From: Actinomycetota bacterium
Lineage (GTDB): Bacteria; Actinomycetota; Acidimicrobiia; Acidimicrobiales; Ilumatobacteraceae
Direction of reading: 5' to 3'
NCBI GenBank assembly: GCA_038529675.1
Contig: JBCBDK010000001.1
Span: forward strand, 1-37,589
Length of the DNA stretch: 37,589 nt
The notes under the pieces were generated by a model. The model ran no database searches. It had not been told where the DNA came from and saw only the letters and a list, made by a program, of their open reading frames with translations. This document shows, in pieces, positions 16,716 to 26,132 of the stretch (within the stretch, counting starts at the first letter, position 1; every line of letters begins with the position of its first letter). Position numbers and translations under genes: made by a program.

Positions 16716-19538
16716 ATGTCCAAACCCCTCGTCATCGTCGAGTCACCCGCCAAGGCGAAGACGCTGTCCAAGTTCCTGGGCAGCGACTACGACGTGCATG
16801 CGTCCGTCGGCCACGTCGCGGACCTCCCGTCGAAGGGTCTCAACATCGATGTCGACAACGGCTTCAAGCCCACCTACGAGCTCACCGAACGCGGCAAGAC
16901 GGTCGTCAAGGACCTCAAGCGAGCGCTCAAGGATGCGTCCGAGCTCTACCTCGCGACGGATGAGGACCGCGAGGGTGAGGCCATCTCGTGGCACCTCCTC
17001 GAGCACCTGAAGCCGAAGGTGCCGGTCAAGCGAATGGTGTTCCACGAGATCACCAAGTCGGCGATCGATCACGCCGTCAGCAACCCGCGAGGCATCGACT
17101 ACGGGATGGTCGACGCGGCCGAGACGCGCCGCATCCTCGACCGGTTGTACGGCTACGAGGTCAGCCCGGTGCTGTGGCGCCGCGTGAACCGCGGCCTGTC
17201 GGCGGGGCGCGTCCAGTCGCCGACGGTCCGCCTGATCGTCGAGCGCGAGCGCGAGCGGATCGCGTTCATCGCCGCCGACTACTGGGACATCGAGGCGGTC
17301 ACGGCGACCGATCCGTCGTTCGAGTCCAAGCTCGTCGGCGTCGACGGCACCAAGGTCGCCACCGGCAAGGACTTCGACGACCGTGGTGTTGCGAAGCAGA
17401 ACGTCACCGTGCTGAACGAGGCTCGCGCCCGTGGGATGGCCGAAGGCCTCGCCGACTCCACGTTCACCGTGTCCTCGGTCGAGGAGAAGCCGTACCGGTC
17501 CTCCCCCAAGGCTCCGTTCATGACCTCGACGCTCCAGCAGGAGGGTGGCCGCAAGCTGCGCCTCTCGTCGTCGCAGGTGATGCGGGTGGCACAGGGCCTG
17601 TACGAGCGTGGCTACATCACCTACATGCGGACCGACGACGTGATCCTGTCGGACGAGGCGATGCAGGCGACCCGCGACGCGGTCACCAAGGAGTACGGCT
17701 CGAAGTACCTCAACGCTGCGCCGAAGCAGTACAAGAAGTCGACGCAGGGCCAGGATGCGCACGAGGCGATCCGCCCGACCACGCCGTACCGCTCCCCCGA
17801 CCAGGTGGCCACCGAGCTGAACAGCCAGGACCTTGCGCTCTACCGATTGATCTGGCAACGCACGCTCGCCTCGCAGATGGCCGACGCGACCGGCGTCACC
17901 GTGTCGGTGCGCCTCACCGCACCGACGGTCGACCGCTCGACGGGCGAGAAGGTCGAGTGCGAGTTCGCCGCCTCGGGCACGACGATCACGTTCCCCGGCT
18001 ACCGGGCGGTGTACGTCGCGTCGAAGGAGGAACGCGGCGAGGACGCTGCCGATTCCGAGCGGCTGCTGCCGGCACTCGCGGTCGGCGACGTGGTCCCGAT
18101 CGCCGAGATCACGCCGAACGGCCACACCACCTCTCCGCCCGCCCGCTACACCGAGGCCTCGCTGGTCAAGCAGCTCGAGGACCTGCGGATCGGTCGGCCG
18201 TCCACCTGGGCGTCGATCATCCAGACCGTGCAGGACCGTGGCTACGTGTGGAAGAAGGGTCAGGCGCTCGTGCCCACGTGGACCGCCTTCGCCGTCATCC
18301 GGTTGCTCGAGGAGCACTTCGACGCCCTGGTCGACTACGACTTCACCGCATCGACCGAGGCCGACCTCGATGCGATCTCACGCGGCGACCGACAGAAGGA
18401 CCAGTGGCTCAAGCGGTTCTACTTCGGCGACCTCGGGGACGACACGCCGGCGATCACCGCCGAGGCGGGCTCGGCCGAGGACGCACTCCTCGGTCTGAAG
18501 CGGCTGGTCGAGGAGAACCTCGACGAGATCGACGCAGCGGAGATCAACACCTTCCCGCTCGGCAACGACGAGGCGGGCGAGCTGATCGTGGTCAAGCCCG
18601 GCCGGTACGGCCCGTACGTGAAGCGCGGCGAGGACACCGCCGGCCTGCCCGACAACCTGCCGCCCGACGAACTGAGCGTCGAGAAGGCCGTCGAACTCCT
18701 GAACGCGCCGAAGTCCGACGAGCCGATCGGCGAGCTCGACGGGTTGCCCGTGTATGCGAAGAACGGTCGGTACGGCCCGTACGTGCAGTGGGGCGACCAC
18801 GACGAGCCGCCACCCGGTATGGAGAAGCCGAAGATGTCCTCGCTGTTCCAGACGATGGTGCTCGAGAAGATCACGATGGACGAGGCCGAGCAGCTGCTGT
18901 CGCTCCCCCGCCATGTCGGCGACGACCCCAACGACGGTGAGCCGATCTTCGCCGACAACGGCCGCTACGGCCCCTACGTCCGCAAGGACAAGGACTACCG
19001 CAACATCGACTCCGAGGACCGCCTGTTCGAGATCACGCTCGACGAGGCGGTGAAGATCTTCGCCGAGCCGAAGGTCTACAAGCGCGGCGGTCGCCAGCCG
19101 GCCAAGCCGTTGCGGGAGTTCGGGACCGACCCGGTGTCGGAGAAGGCGGTCACGGCGAAGGACGGCCGCTTCGGGGTCTACGTGACCGACGGGGAGACCA
19201 ACGCCTCGCTCGGCAAGGGCGACCGGCTCGAAGAGATCACGCCGGAGCGGGCGTTCGAACTGTTGGCGATCCGCCGTGAAGCGATCATCGCCAAGGGCGG
19301 TGCCGGGGCGAAGAAGGCGAAGGCGACGAAGAAGAAGGCCGCCGCCAAGAAGAAGGCCGCCGCCAAGAAGACGGCTGGCACGAAGAAGGCTGGCACGAAG
19401 AAGGCCGCCGCCAAGAAGAGCGCTGCGAAGCCGGCAGCGGCGAAGAAGGCGGCCGCTGCGCAGGACGCCGGCGCCGAGGACGCCACCGACTCGGTGGCGG
19501 CGAGCGGCGACGTCGTCATCACCGATCTCAACGCCTGA
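16716..19538 (+). CDS. topA: DNA topoisomerase I (type IA), actinobacterial type with C-terminal repeats and a basic tail
   Basis: LVIVESPAKAK, ATDEDREGEAI (Toprim), SAGRVQSP, GYITYMRTD (catalytic Tyr), DAHEAIRPT, IGRPST. Three GRYGPYV repeats plus GRFGVYV; no Cys4 Zn ribbons. Confidence 0.98.
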   Translation: MSKPLVIVESPAKAKTLSKFLGSDYDVHASVGHVADLPSKGLNIDVDNGFKPTYELTERGKTVVKDLKRALKDASELYLATDEDREGEAISWHLLEHLKPKVPVKRMVFHEITKSAIDHAVSNPRGIDYGMVDAAETRRILDRLYGYEVSPVLWRRVNRGLSAGRVQSPTVRLIVERERERIAFIAADYWDIEAVTATDPSFESKLVGVDGTKVATGKDFDDRGVAKQNVTVLNEARARGMAEGLADSTFTVSSVEEKPYRSSPKAPFMTSTLQQEGGRKLRLSSSQVMRVAQGLYERGYITYMRTDDVILSDEAMQATRDAVTKEYGSKYLNAAPKQYKKSTQGQDAHEAIRPTTPYRSPDQVATELNSQDLALYRLIWQRTLASQMADATGVTVSVRLTAPTVDRSTGEKVECEFAASGTTITFPGYRAVYVASKEERGEDAADSERLLPALAVGDVVPIAEITPNGHTTSPPARYTEASLVKQLEDLRIGRPSTWASIIQTVQDRGYVWKKGQALVPTWTAFAVIRLLEEHFDALVDYDFTASTEADLDAISRGDRQKDQWLKRFYFGDLGDDTPAITAEAGSAEDALLGLKRLVEENLDEIDAAEINTFPLGNDEAGELIVVKPGRYGPYVKRGEDTAGLPDNLPPDELSVEKAVELLNAPKSDEPIGELDGLPVYAKNGRYGPYVQWGDHDEPPPGMEKPKMSSLFQTMVLEKITMDEAEQLLSLPRHVGDDPNDGEPIFADNGRYGPYVRKDKDYRNIDSEDRLFEITLDEAVKIFAEPKVYKRGGRQPAKPLREFGTDPVSEKAVTAKDGRFGVYVTDGETNASLGKGDRLEEITPERAFELLAIRREAIIAKGGAGAKKAKATKKKAAAKKKAAAKKTAGTKKAGTKKAAAKKSAAKPAAAKKAAAAQDAGAEDATDSVAASGDVVITDLNA
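19311..19460 (+). repeat. Lys/Ala-rich tandem repeats encoding the TopA basic tail
   Basis: AAGAAGGCCGCCGCCAAG three times plus GCTGGCACGAAGAAG twice (KKAAAK / AGTKK). Confidence 0.85.
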
Positions 19539-19591
19539 AGCGAGCACCGACGGCTTCGGGCGAGGCGACCTGCTCGGTACGCTCCACCGCC

Positions 19592-20206
19592 GTGAGTCCG
19601 GCTCGCTACATCGCATTCGAAGGAGCGGAGGGGTGCGGCAAGTCGACGCAGGCGGCGCGCTACGCCGAGCGGATCGGCGCCGTCCTCACCCGCGAGACCG
19701 GCGGGACCGACATCGGCGCCCGTCTCCGCGAGATCCTGCACGACACCGAAATCGACGACATGTCGCTGCGCGCCGAGGCGCTCATCGCCGCCGCCGACCG
19801 CGCCCAGCACATCGAGCAGGTCGTCCGTCCCGCACTCGAGGGCGGCCGCTCGGTCGTCAGCGACCGTTCGGTGTTCTCGACGCTGGCGTACCAGGGCCAC
19901 GGCCGCGAGCTCGATGTCGAGACGATCCGCTCGATCAACGACTGGGCGACCGGTGGACTGTGGCCCGACGTCGTCGTCTTCGTCGACACGCCCGATGACG
20001 TGATCGCCGAACGGATGTCGCGCCGCAACCTCGACCGGTTCGAGGCGGCGGGGCCGGCCTTCCACGACCGTGTGATCGCCGGCTTCCGGACGATGGCTGC
20101 CGCCGACCCCGCTCGCTGGATCACGGTCGCTGCGGTCGGCTCGATCGACGAGGTCGCCACCGACATCGCCGTCGCGATCGACGCGCACGTGGCCACGGGC
20201 GCATGA
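19592..20206 (+). CDS. tmk: Thymidylate kinase
   Basis: YIAFEGAEGCGKSTQ P-loop, AADRAQH, VVSDR, LAYQG; conserved topA-tmk-holB order. Confidence 0.96.
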   Translation: MSPARYIAFEGAEGCGKSTQAARYAERIGAVLTRETGGTDIGARLREILHDTEIDDMSLRAEALIAAADRAQHIEQVVRPALEGGRSVVSDRSVFSTLAYQGHGRELDVETIRSINDWATGGLWPDVVVFVDTPDDVIAERMSRRNLDRFEAAGPAFHDRVIAGFRTMAAADPARWITVAAVGSIDEVATDIAVAIDAHVATGA

Positions 20207-21246
20207 GCACCATCTGGGACGACGTCGTCGGCCAGCGCGCCGCGGTCGAGCACCTCGTGGCGGCCGCGGACCGTGGGCCGGTGCACGCGTACCTGTTCGT
20301 CGGGCCCACCGGCTCCACCAAGTACGAGGCCGCGCGAGCGTTCGCCGCCCGAATCCTGTCGGGCGGCGACGACCGCGACCAGCGCGATGCCCGGCTCGTT
20401 CTACGCGGCGAGCATCCCGACGTCCGCGAGGTCCGCCGCGTCGGCGCGTCGATCTCGCGCGAGCAGGCCAGGGAGATCGTGCGGGTCTCGTCGCTCGCGC
20501 CGGCCGAGGGCGAGCGGAAGGTCCTGATCCTCGACGAGTTCCACCTGCTCAGCCCCGAGGGTGCAGCGGTGATGCTGAAGACGATCGAGGAGCCGCCGCC
20601 ATCGACGATGTTCGTGATCCTCGCCGACTTCGTTCCACACGAGTTGGTCACCATCTCGTCACGCTGCGCCCGAGTCGACTTCCGGGCGATCTCCGACGAC
20701 GTCGTGGCGGCGAGGCTGCTCGTCGAGGGCGTCGGGCCGGTCGAGGCCCAGGCGGCGTCGAAGGCGGCGCTCGGCGACCTCGACCGGGCGCGTCTGCTGG
20801 CGAACGACGCTGGGCTCGCCGCTCGCCGCGCCGCGTTCCGGGAGACGCCCGGCCGGCTCGACGGCACCGGGGCAGCGGCCTTCGGGGCGGCTGCGGCTCT
20901 GCTCGATCTGATCGACGACGCGGCCGAGCCGCTCGTGGCTCGACACGCCGATGAGGTCGCCGAGGTCGACGCTCGGATCAAAGAGCATGGCGAACGCGGC
21001 TCGGGCAAGAAGCAACTCGAGGAACGACATCGCCGCGAACTCCGCCGGCATCGGACCGACGAACTCCGGGCCGGCCTCGCCACGATCGCCTCGGTCTACC
21101 GCGACCAGCTGACACAGCAGACCACCAGCGACATCCAGTCCACCGCGAACGCCGTCCACCGCATCCACGACGCACTCGAGGCACTCGACCGCAACCCGAA
21201 CGAGCGACTCCTCCTCGAGTCCCTCCTCTGGTCCCTCCCGGCCTGA
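20203..21246 (+). CDS. holB: DNA polymerase III delta' subunit
   Basis: WDDVVGQ, HAYLFVGP, HPDV, LKTIEEPP, TISSRC. ATGA overlap with tmk. Confidence 0.9.
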   Translation: MSTIWDDVVGQRAAVEHLVAAADRGPVHAYLFVGPTGSTKYEAARAFAARILSGGDDRDQRDARLVLRGEHPDVREVRRVGASISREQAREIVRVSSLAPAEGERKVLILDEFHLLSPEGAAVMLKTIEEPPPSTMFVILADFVPHELVTISSRCARVDFRAISDDVVAARLLVEGVGPVEAQAASKAALGDLDRARLLANDAGLAARRAAFRETPGRLDGTGAAAFGAAAALLDLIDDAAEPLVARHADEVAEVDARIKEHGERGSGKKQLEERHRRELRRHRTDELRAGLATIASVYRDQLTQQTTSDIQSTANAVHRIHDALEALDRNPNERLLLESLLWSLPA

Positions 21247-21292
21247 CGAGTACGGCGAGCGGGTGTCACCCGACAGCTCCTAGGCTTGGCGC

Positions 21293-22273
21293 ATGACCGC
21301 GACGATCGCTCCTGCCACGTTGCCGAAGGCGAACGAACCGTGCTGGTGCGGCTCGGGCCGCAAGTACAAGCGCTGTCACAAGAAGTCCGAAGGGCGGATC
21401 ATGCCCGGCGCCGTCACCCCGATGCGGTCGGTCCCCGAGCACATCCCGCATCCCCCGTATGCCGAGACCGGCGAGTATCAGCCGTGGGACGAAGGTCGCA
21501 TCAAGTCGCCCGAGATCATCGAGCGGATGCGCGCCAGCGGCAAGGTCGCGTCCACCGTGCTGCGCGAGGCCGGCGCGATGGTCGCCCCCGGCATCACCAC
21601 CGAGGAGATCGACCTCTTCGTCCACGAGCGCTTCATCGAGCTGGGGGCGTACCCCTCGACCATCAACTACCACGGCTATCCGAAGGCGTGCTGCACCTCG
21701 ATCAACGAGGTCATCTGCCACGGCATCCCCGACTCGCGCCCGCTGCAGGACGGCGACATCTGCAACATCGACGTCACCGGCTGGATCGGCGGTGTCCACG
21801 GCGACACCAACGCCACGTTCTTCGTCGGTGACGTCGATCCCGAGTCGCGCAAACTGGTCGAGGTCACGGAGGAGGCGATGTGGCGAGGCATTCACGCTGC
21901 TCGCGCCGACCGGCCGCTCTCCGACATCGGCCGTGCGATCGAAGAGACCGTCAAGCCGTACAAGTACGGCGTCGTCCGGGCCTTCGTCGGGCACGGCATC
22001 GGCGAGCAGTTCCACACCGACATCCAGGTGCTGCACTACTACGACAGCCGTGCGTCGGTCATCATGCGACCGGGGATGACGTTCACGATCGAGCCGATGA
22101 TCACCCTCGGCACGATCAACTTCAAGCTCTGGGACGACGACTGGACCGCCGTCACCGCCGACGGCAAGCGCACCGCCCAGTTCGAGCACACGATCGTCGT
22201 CACCGACGACGAGCCCGAGGTCCTCACGGGCGGCGACGGTGCCGTCAGCCCCACCGCCCCCTGGCTCCGCTGA
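21293..22273 (+). CDS. map: Type I methionine aminopeptidase with N-terminal SEC-C Zn motif
   Basis: NEPCWCGSGRKYKRCH; CTSINEVICHGIP, NIDVT, HGDT, GHGIG, FTIEPMI, AQFEHT. Confidence 0.96.
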   Translation: MTATIAPATLPKANEPCWCGSGRKYKRCHKKSEGRIMPGAVTPMRSVPEHIPHPPYAETGEYQPWDEGRIKSPEIIERMRASGKVASTVLREAGAMVAPGITTEEIDLFVHERFIELGAYPSTINYHGYPKACCTSINEVICHGIPDSRPLQDGDICNIDVTGWIGGVHGDTNATFFVGDVDPESRKLVEVTEEAMWRGIHAARADRPLSDIGRAIEETVKPYKYGVVRAFVGHGIGEQFHTDIQVLHYYDSRASVIMRPGMTFTIEPMITLGTINFKLWDDDWTAVTADGKRTAQFEHTIVVTDDEPEVLTGGDGAVSPTAPWLR

Positions 22274-22277
22274 TCCT

Positions 22278-22334
22278 CGTCGAGGCGGGCGACGCCCACC
22301 TCGACGCTGCTCCGCAGGGCGGCCGCGCGGAGCA
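22278..22334. terminator. Two hairpins between convergent map and cytochrome c genes
   Basis: CGTCGAGG...CCTCGACG (22278-22306, with inner GGGCG/CGCCC) and TGCTCCGC...GCGGAGCA (22308-22334). No U-tract. Confidence 0.55.
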
Positions 22335-22356
22335 CAGGGTCGACGGGCTCAGCCGG

Positions 22357-22749
22357 TCAACCCAACGACTGAATGAACTCGATGATCGCGTCGACCTCGC
22401 CGGGCTCGAAGGTGCGCTGGGGCATGTTGACGCTCCACCCCGGGCGGATCTCGGCGGCCGGATCGACGATGGACCGGCGGAGGTACTCGGTGTCGGCGAC
22501 CATGGTGGTGCCGTCCTCGAGCTCGACGGTCGAACCGGCGAGGCCGACGAAACCCGGCCCGACGCCGCCCTGCCCGTCGGTGCCATGACAGGCCGCGCAC
22601 CCGTTGGCGATCGCGATCTCCTTGCCTCGGGCCGCCGGGTCACCGTCGCCGCCGGCCACGTTCGAGTCGGCAGATCCACACGCAGTCGCCCCGAGGGCGA
22701 GGAATGTGGTGATCGCCGTGCCGGCCAGGATCGAAGTCCACTGCCTCAC
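22357..22749 (-). CDS. Monoheme c-type cytochrome, probable lipoprotein
   Basis: Signal peptide ending ...LALGATA-C; CAACH heme motif; VGPGF; distal Met in VNMP. Confidence 0.88.
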   Translation of the reverse strand: MRQWTSILAGTAITTFLALGATACGSADSNVAGGDGDPAARGKEIAIANGCAACHGTDGQGGVGPGFVGLAGSTVELEDGTTMVADTEYLRRSIVDPAAEIRPGWSVNMPQRTFEPGEVDAIIEFIQSLG

Positions 22750-22795
22750 CAGGCCAGTCTCGCACCCGCGCTCACGGGTGCGACGGAGTCCGAGG

Positions 22796-24241
22796 TCACA
22801 TTCTGCTGGTCAGCTCGGACACCGTCGGCTCCCACCAGTCGGCCAGTGATCGCGCCTCGTCGTCGCCGACGCCGAACGCTCGGTCGACGGCCCGACCGCA
22901 GGCGAGCACATCGCCGCTTCGCAGCGCAGCGACCGCATCGTCGAGCGGCTCGCCGGGCCACGGCAACTCGCCGAGCATCACCGGGCCGACCCGGATCGCA
23001 GTAGCCGACAGCCCGGTGCCGCCACGCTCGTGCCACGCCCACGCCGACGCCGACGCCGAGGTGAGCACGGCCGCGATCTCCCACACGCCGTCGCCGACGG
23101 CGCTCGGCGCGTGGCCTGCCTCGGGGTACACGGCCACGACCGGCACGCCCGGCAACCAGTCCCCGGTCGGATCGGCGACCGCTTCGAGCACCTTGGTCTG
23201 ATTGGCGACCAACACCTTCGGTCGCAGCCGCCGTGTCGCCCACGCTCGCATTCGCGGGTCGAGCGCCGCGAGGTCGAGCCGCGGCGCAGCGAAGTCGCGC
23301 TTGGCGAAGCGGACGGGACGATCACCCCACCGACATCGGCCCGGATCGATCAGCCCACTCGTCACGAGCGGAGGACCGTGCTCGTGGTCGCCAACGGCGG
23401 GGATCATCCCGTAGTACTCGTCCCGGAAGTTCGCGTTCAGCCACGCCCGGTCGCCGAGCACCCCTGCCGTCGTCCCACCGGCGAGGACCGTCGGCACGGG
23501 CGGTACGCCGAGCCGAGCGGTCACGACGGAGCTCCACGGCCGCGGATCGGGCTCGGTCCGGCCGAACTCGAACGCCAGTGCGCACGTGACGACCTGGGCG
23601 TCGAAGTCCCGCTCGCCGGTCCACGACGACCACAGCATCGTCGCCCGCTCGTCGATCGACCGCCGGACCTCGGCAGCATCGCGTGTCGAGAGCAGCGACT
23701 GCGGCAGAACGAACCCGAGCCGACCCCCGGCGCGGTCGACGAGTCGTGCGCCGAGCGCCAAGAACTCGACGGCCACGTCGGCGTAGGGCCCACCGCCGTG
23801 GCGGCTGGCACCGCCGCGTGCCGTCGATGTCGCCATCTGGGAGAGGTACGGCGGATTGCCGACGACGAGGTCGAAACCGTCCAGCTCGCCGGCGCGGGGC
23901 GAGCGGGCGTCGTCCCGGCCGAGTCGCCCGAACGCCGTCCACACGTCGCCGAGCGCGTCGGCGACGACCACGGTCGCCTCCGGCACCATCTCGCGGGCAG
24001 CCGACGCCGCCGCCGGATCCACGTCGACCCCCACGGCCTCGACGACCACTGCTCCCGCGTCGCGCAACCGGTCGATCGCTGCGCGCAGGAACCGGCCGTC
24101 GCCGCACGCGGGATCCACCACGCGGATCGCGCCGGACCGCGCCGCAACCCACGTCGGGTCGACGACGGCGTCGACCACCATCGAGACGATGGTGGTCGGC
24201 GTGTACCACGCGCCCAGCGACTTCCGATCGGTCTCGATCAC
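22796..24241 (-). CDS. N6-adenine DNA methyltransferase, gamma class (M.TaqI/Eco57I-like), no nuclease domain seen
   Basis: [21 protein letters not shown] (motif I), [10 protein letters not shown] (motif IV), [10 protein letters not shown]-terminal TRD-like region. TACGAT 7 nt before GTG 24241. Confidence 0.88.
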   Translation of the reverse strand: MIETDRKSLGAWYTPTTIVSMVVDAVVDPTWVAARSGAIRVVDPACGDGRFLRAAIDRLRDAGAVVVEAVGVDVDPAAASAAREMVPEATVVVADALGDVWTAFGRLGRDDARSPRAGELDGFDLVVGNPPYLSQMATSTARGGASRHGGGPYADVAVEFLALGARLVDRAGGRLGFVLPQSLLSTRDAAEVRRSIDERATMLWSSWTGERDFDAQVVTCALAFEFGRTEPDPRPWSSVVTARLGVPPVPTVLAGGTTAGVLGDRAWLNANFRDEYYGMIPAVGDHEHGPPLVTSGLIDPGRCRWGDRPVRFAKRDFAAPRLDLAALDPRMRAWATRRLRPKVLVANQTKVLEAVADPTGDWLPGVPVVAVYPEAGHAPSAVGDGVWEIAAVLTSASASAWAWHERGGTGLSATAIRVGPVMLGELPWPGEPLDDAVAALRSGDVLACGRAVDRAFGVGDDEARSLADWWEPTVSELTSRM

Positions 24242-24315
24242 GGACCCGATCGTACGAACGGACGTCGGCCAGCCGAACGATGCCGCACCTGACGTGGCGT
24301 CTAGGGTCGGCCCAC

Positions 24316-25275
24316 GTGACCGACACGTTCGCGACGGAGACGTTCGCGACCCGCTACCAACACTTCTCACGCGATGAGTGGGCCGTGCTGCGCGCCGCCA
24401 CCCCGATGACGCTGCGGGGGCCCGAGCTCGATCGGCTGCGCGGCATCAACGAGCGCATCGACCTCGACGAGGTCGCCGCGGTCTACCTCCCGCTGTCGCG
24501 GCTGCTCAACCTGTACGTCAACGCCACCCAGGACCTCCACAAGGTGAGTGCGACGTTCCTCGGGTCGATCTCGCCGAAGGTGCCGTACGTCATCGGCGTC
24601 GCCGGCTCGGTCGCGGTCGGCAAGAGCACGTTCGCCCGCATCCTCCAGACGCTGCTGGCGCAATGGCCGGATCATCCGAAGGTCGACCTGATCACGACCG
24701 ACGGCTTCCTCCACCCGAACGCCGTCCTCGACGAGCGGGGGCTGATGGCCCGAAAAGGGTTCCCCGAGTCGTACGACACACGTGAGCTCGTGCGAGTGCT
24801 CCGTGAGATCAAGAGCGGCGCGCCACGCGTGGAGGCACCGGTGTACAGCCACGTGGTGTACGACATCGTCCCCGACGAACGTGTGGTCGTCGAGCAGCCC
24901 GACATCGTGATCCTCGAGGGGCTCAACGTGCTCCAGACCGGTCCGTCGACCGGCGAGGGCGCGGCGACCGAGTTCGTCAGCGACTACTTCGACTTCTCGA
25001 TCTACGTCGATGCCCACGTCACCGACATCGAGCAGTGGTACGTCGAGCGGTTCCTGACGCTGCGCGAATCCGTGTTCCAGGATCCGGACAGCTTCTTCCG
25101 CAACTACGCCGACCTGACGGACGACGAGGCCGTGGACACCGCCCGCACGATCTGGCGCGAGATCAACGGGCGGAACCTCGTGGAGAACATCGAGCCGACG
25201 CGCGAGCGAGCGTCGTTGATCCTCCGCAAGCGCAAAGACCACCGCGTCGAACGCGTCAGCCTCCGACGGCTCTGA
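24316..25275 (+). CDS. coaA: Type I pantothenate kinase
   Basis: [67 protein letters not shown] 8 nt before GTG 24316. Confidence 0.97.
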   Translation: MTDTFATETFATRYQHFSRDEWAVLRAATPMTLRGPELDRLRGINERIDLDEVAAVYLPLSRLLNLYVNATQDLHKVSATFLGSISPKVPYVIGVAGSVAVGKSTFARILQTLLAQWPDHPKVDLITTDGFLHPNAVLDERGLMARKGFPESYDTRELVRVLREIKSGAPRVEAPVYSHVVYDIVPDERVVVEQPDIVILEGLNVLQTGPSTGEGAATEFVSDYFDFSIYVDAHVTDIEQWYVERFLTLRESVFQDPDSFFRNYADLTDDEAVDTARTIWREINGRNLVENIEPTRERASLILRKRKDHRVERVSLRRL

Positions 25276-25284
25276 TCGGTCGCC

Positions 25285-25332
25285 GGACCGTTCAGCGACC
25301 GGCCCGTTCAGCGACCGGACCCTTCAGAGACC
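25285..25332. repeat. 3 x 16-bp imperfect tandem repeat between convergent coaA and HAD genes
   Basis: GGACCGTTCAGCGACC / GGCCCGTTCAGCGACC / GGACCCTTCAGAGACC; the third unit contains the HAD stop codon. Confidence 0.8.
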
Positions 25333-26103
25333 GAGCCAAGCCGGCAGCTCGGCGAGCGAGTCGAGTTCGACGACGTCCTCGTCGTGGTCGTCGACGTGCT
25401 CGAGCTCCCACGTGAGGTGGTACGGCACGTGCACGGCGTGCCCACCGATCGCGAGAACGGGCAACACGTCGCTCCGCACCGAGTTGCCGACCATCAGGAA
25501 TCGCTCGGGCCGCACACCGAACCGCTTCACGATCGAGCGGTAGACCTCGGGGTCCTTCTCGCGAACCACCTCGACGTCGGAGAAGTGGTGCGCGAGCCCC
25601 GATGTCTCGACCTTGCGGAGCTGGTGGACGAGGTCGCCTTTGGTGATCAACACGAGCCGGGTCTCGAGGCCGACGCGATTGAGCGTCTCGGCAGCGCCGG
25701 GGAGGAGCTGCACCGGGTCGAGCAGCATCGACTCGCCGAGGTCGACGAGCTGGCCGATCACCCGCGTCGGGACGGCGCCGTCGGTCATCCGGATCGCGGC
25801 ACGCACCATCGACAGTGTGAACGCCTTGACCCCGTAGCCCTGCGTCCCGATGTCGCTGCGCTCGGTCGCGTGGAGCGCGTCGAGCACGTCGATACCAGGT
25901 GATGCGAAGGGGCTCACGAGATCGGCAAAGATCGCCTCCGCCCGCTGGAACGACTCCTCGCTGCGCCAGAGCGTGTCGTCAGCATCGAACGCGATCATGT
26001 CGAACTCGGTGATCCGACGGCGTTCTGCGTCGTCCGCGTTCAGGACGGACTCCCGATCTGCAGTCGTTGGCGGTGTGGTCTCGTTCATCGCAGTCGTCGA
26101 CAC
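25324..26103 (-). CDS. HAD-superfamily hydrolase
   Basis: IAFDADDTLW (motif I), LITKGD, EKD, LMVGNSVRSDV (motif IV variant). Start is GTG 26103 or ATG 26088. Confidence 0.9.
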   Translation of the reverse strand: MSTTAMNETTPPTTADRESVLNADDAERRRITEFDMIAFDADDTLWRSEESFQRAEAIFADLVSPFASPGIDVLDALHATERSDIGTQGYGVKAFTLSMVRAAIRMTDGAVPTRVIGQLVDLGESMLLDPVQLLPGAAETLNRVGLETRLVLITKGDLVHQLRKVETSGLAHHFSDVEVVREKDPEVYRSIVKRFGVRPERFLMVGNSVRSDVLPVLAIGGHAVHVPYHLTWELEHVDDHDEDVVELDSLAELPAWLGL

Positions 26104-26132
26104 GGCGAATCAGGATGCCGTGACCGACGCGG

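Noticed and set aside
21247-21292. tRNA gene often found after holB in actinobacteria
   Set aside because: Only 46 bp; no cloverleaf or T-loop.
22357-24241. Restriction-modification or defence island
   Set aside because: No nuclease, helicase, specificity or mobility genes; the flanks are housekeeping genes and GC is not shifted.
24324-24350. Short repeat ACGTTCGCGAC twice at the start of coaA (TFATETFAT)
   Set aside because: A small in-frame duplication in a variable N-terminus with no evident function.
25285-25332. Possible CRISPR array (also considered for 6921-6997)
   Set aside because: The units are contiguous or only two copies, there are no unique spacers of CRISPR length, and no cas genes are present.
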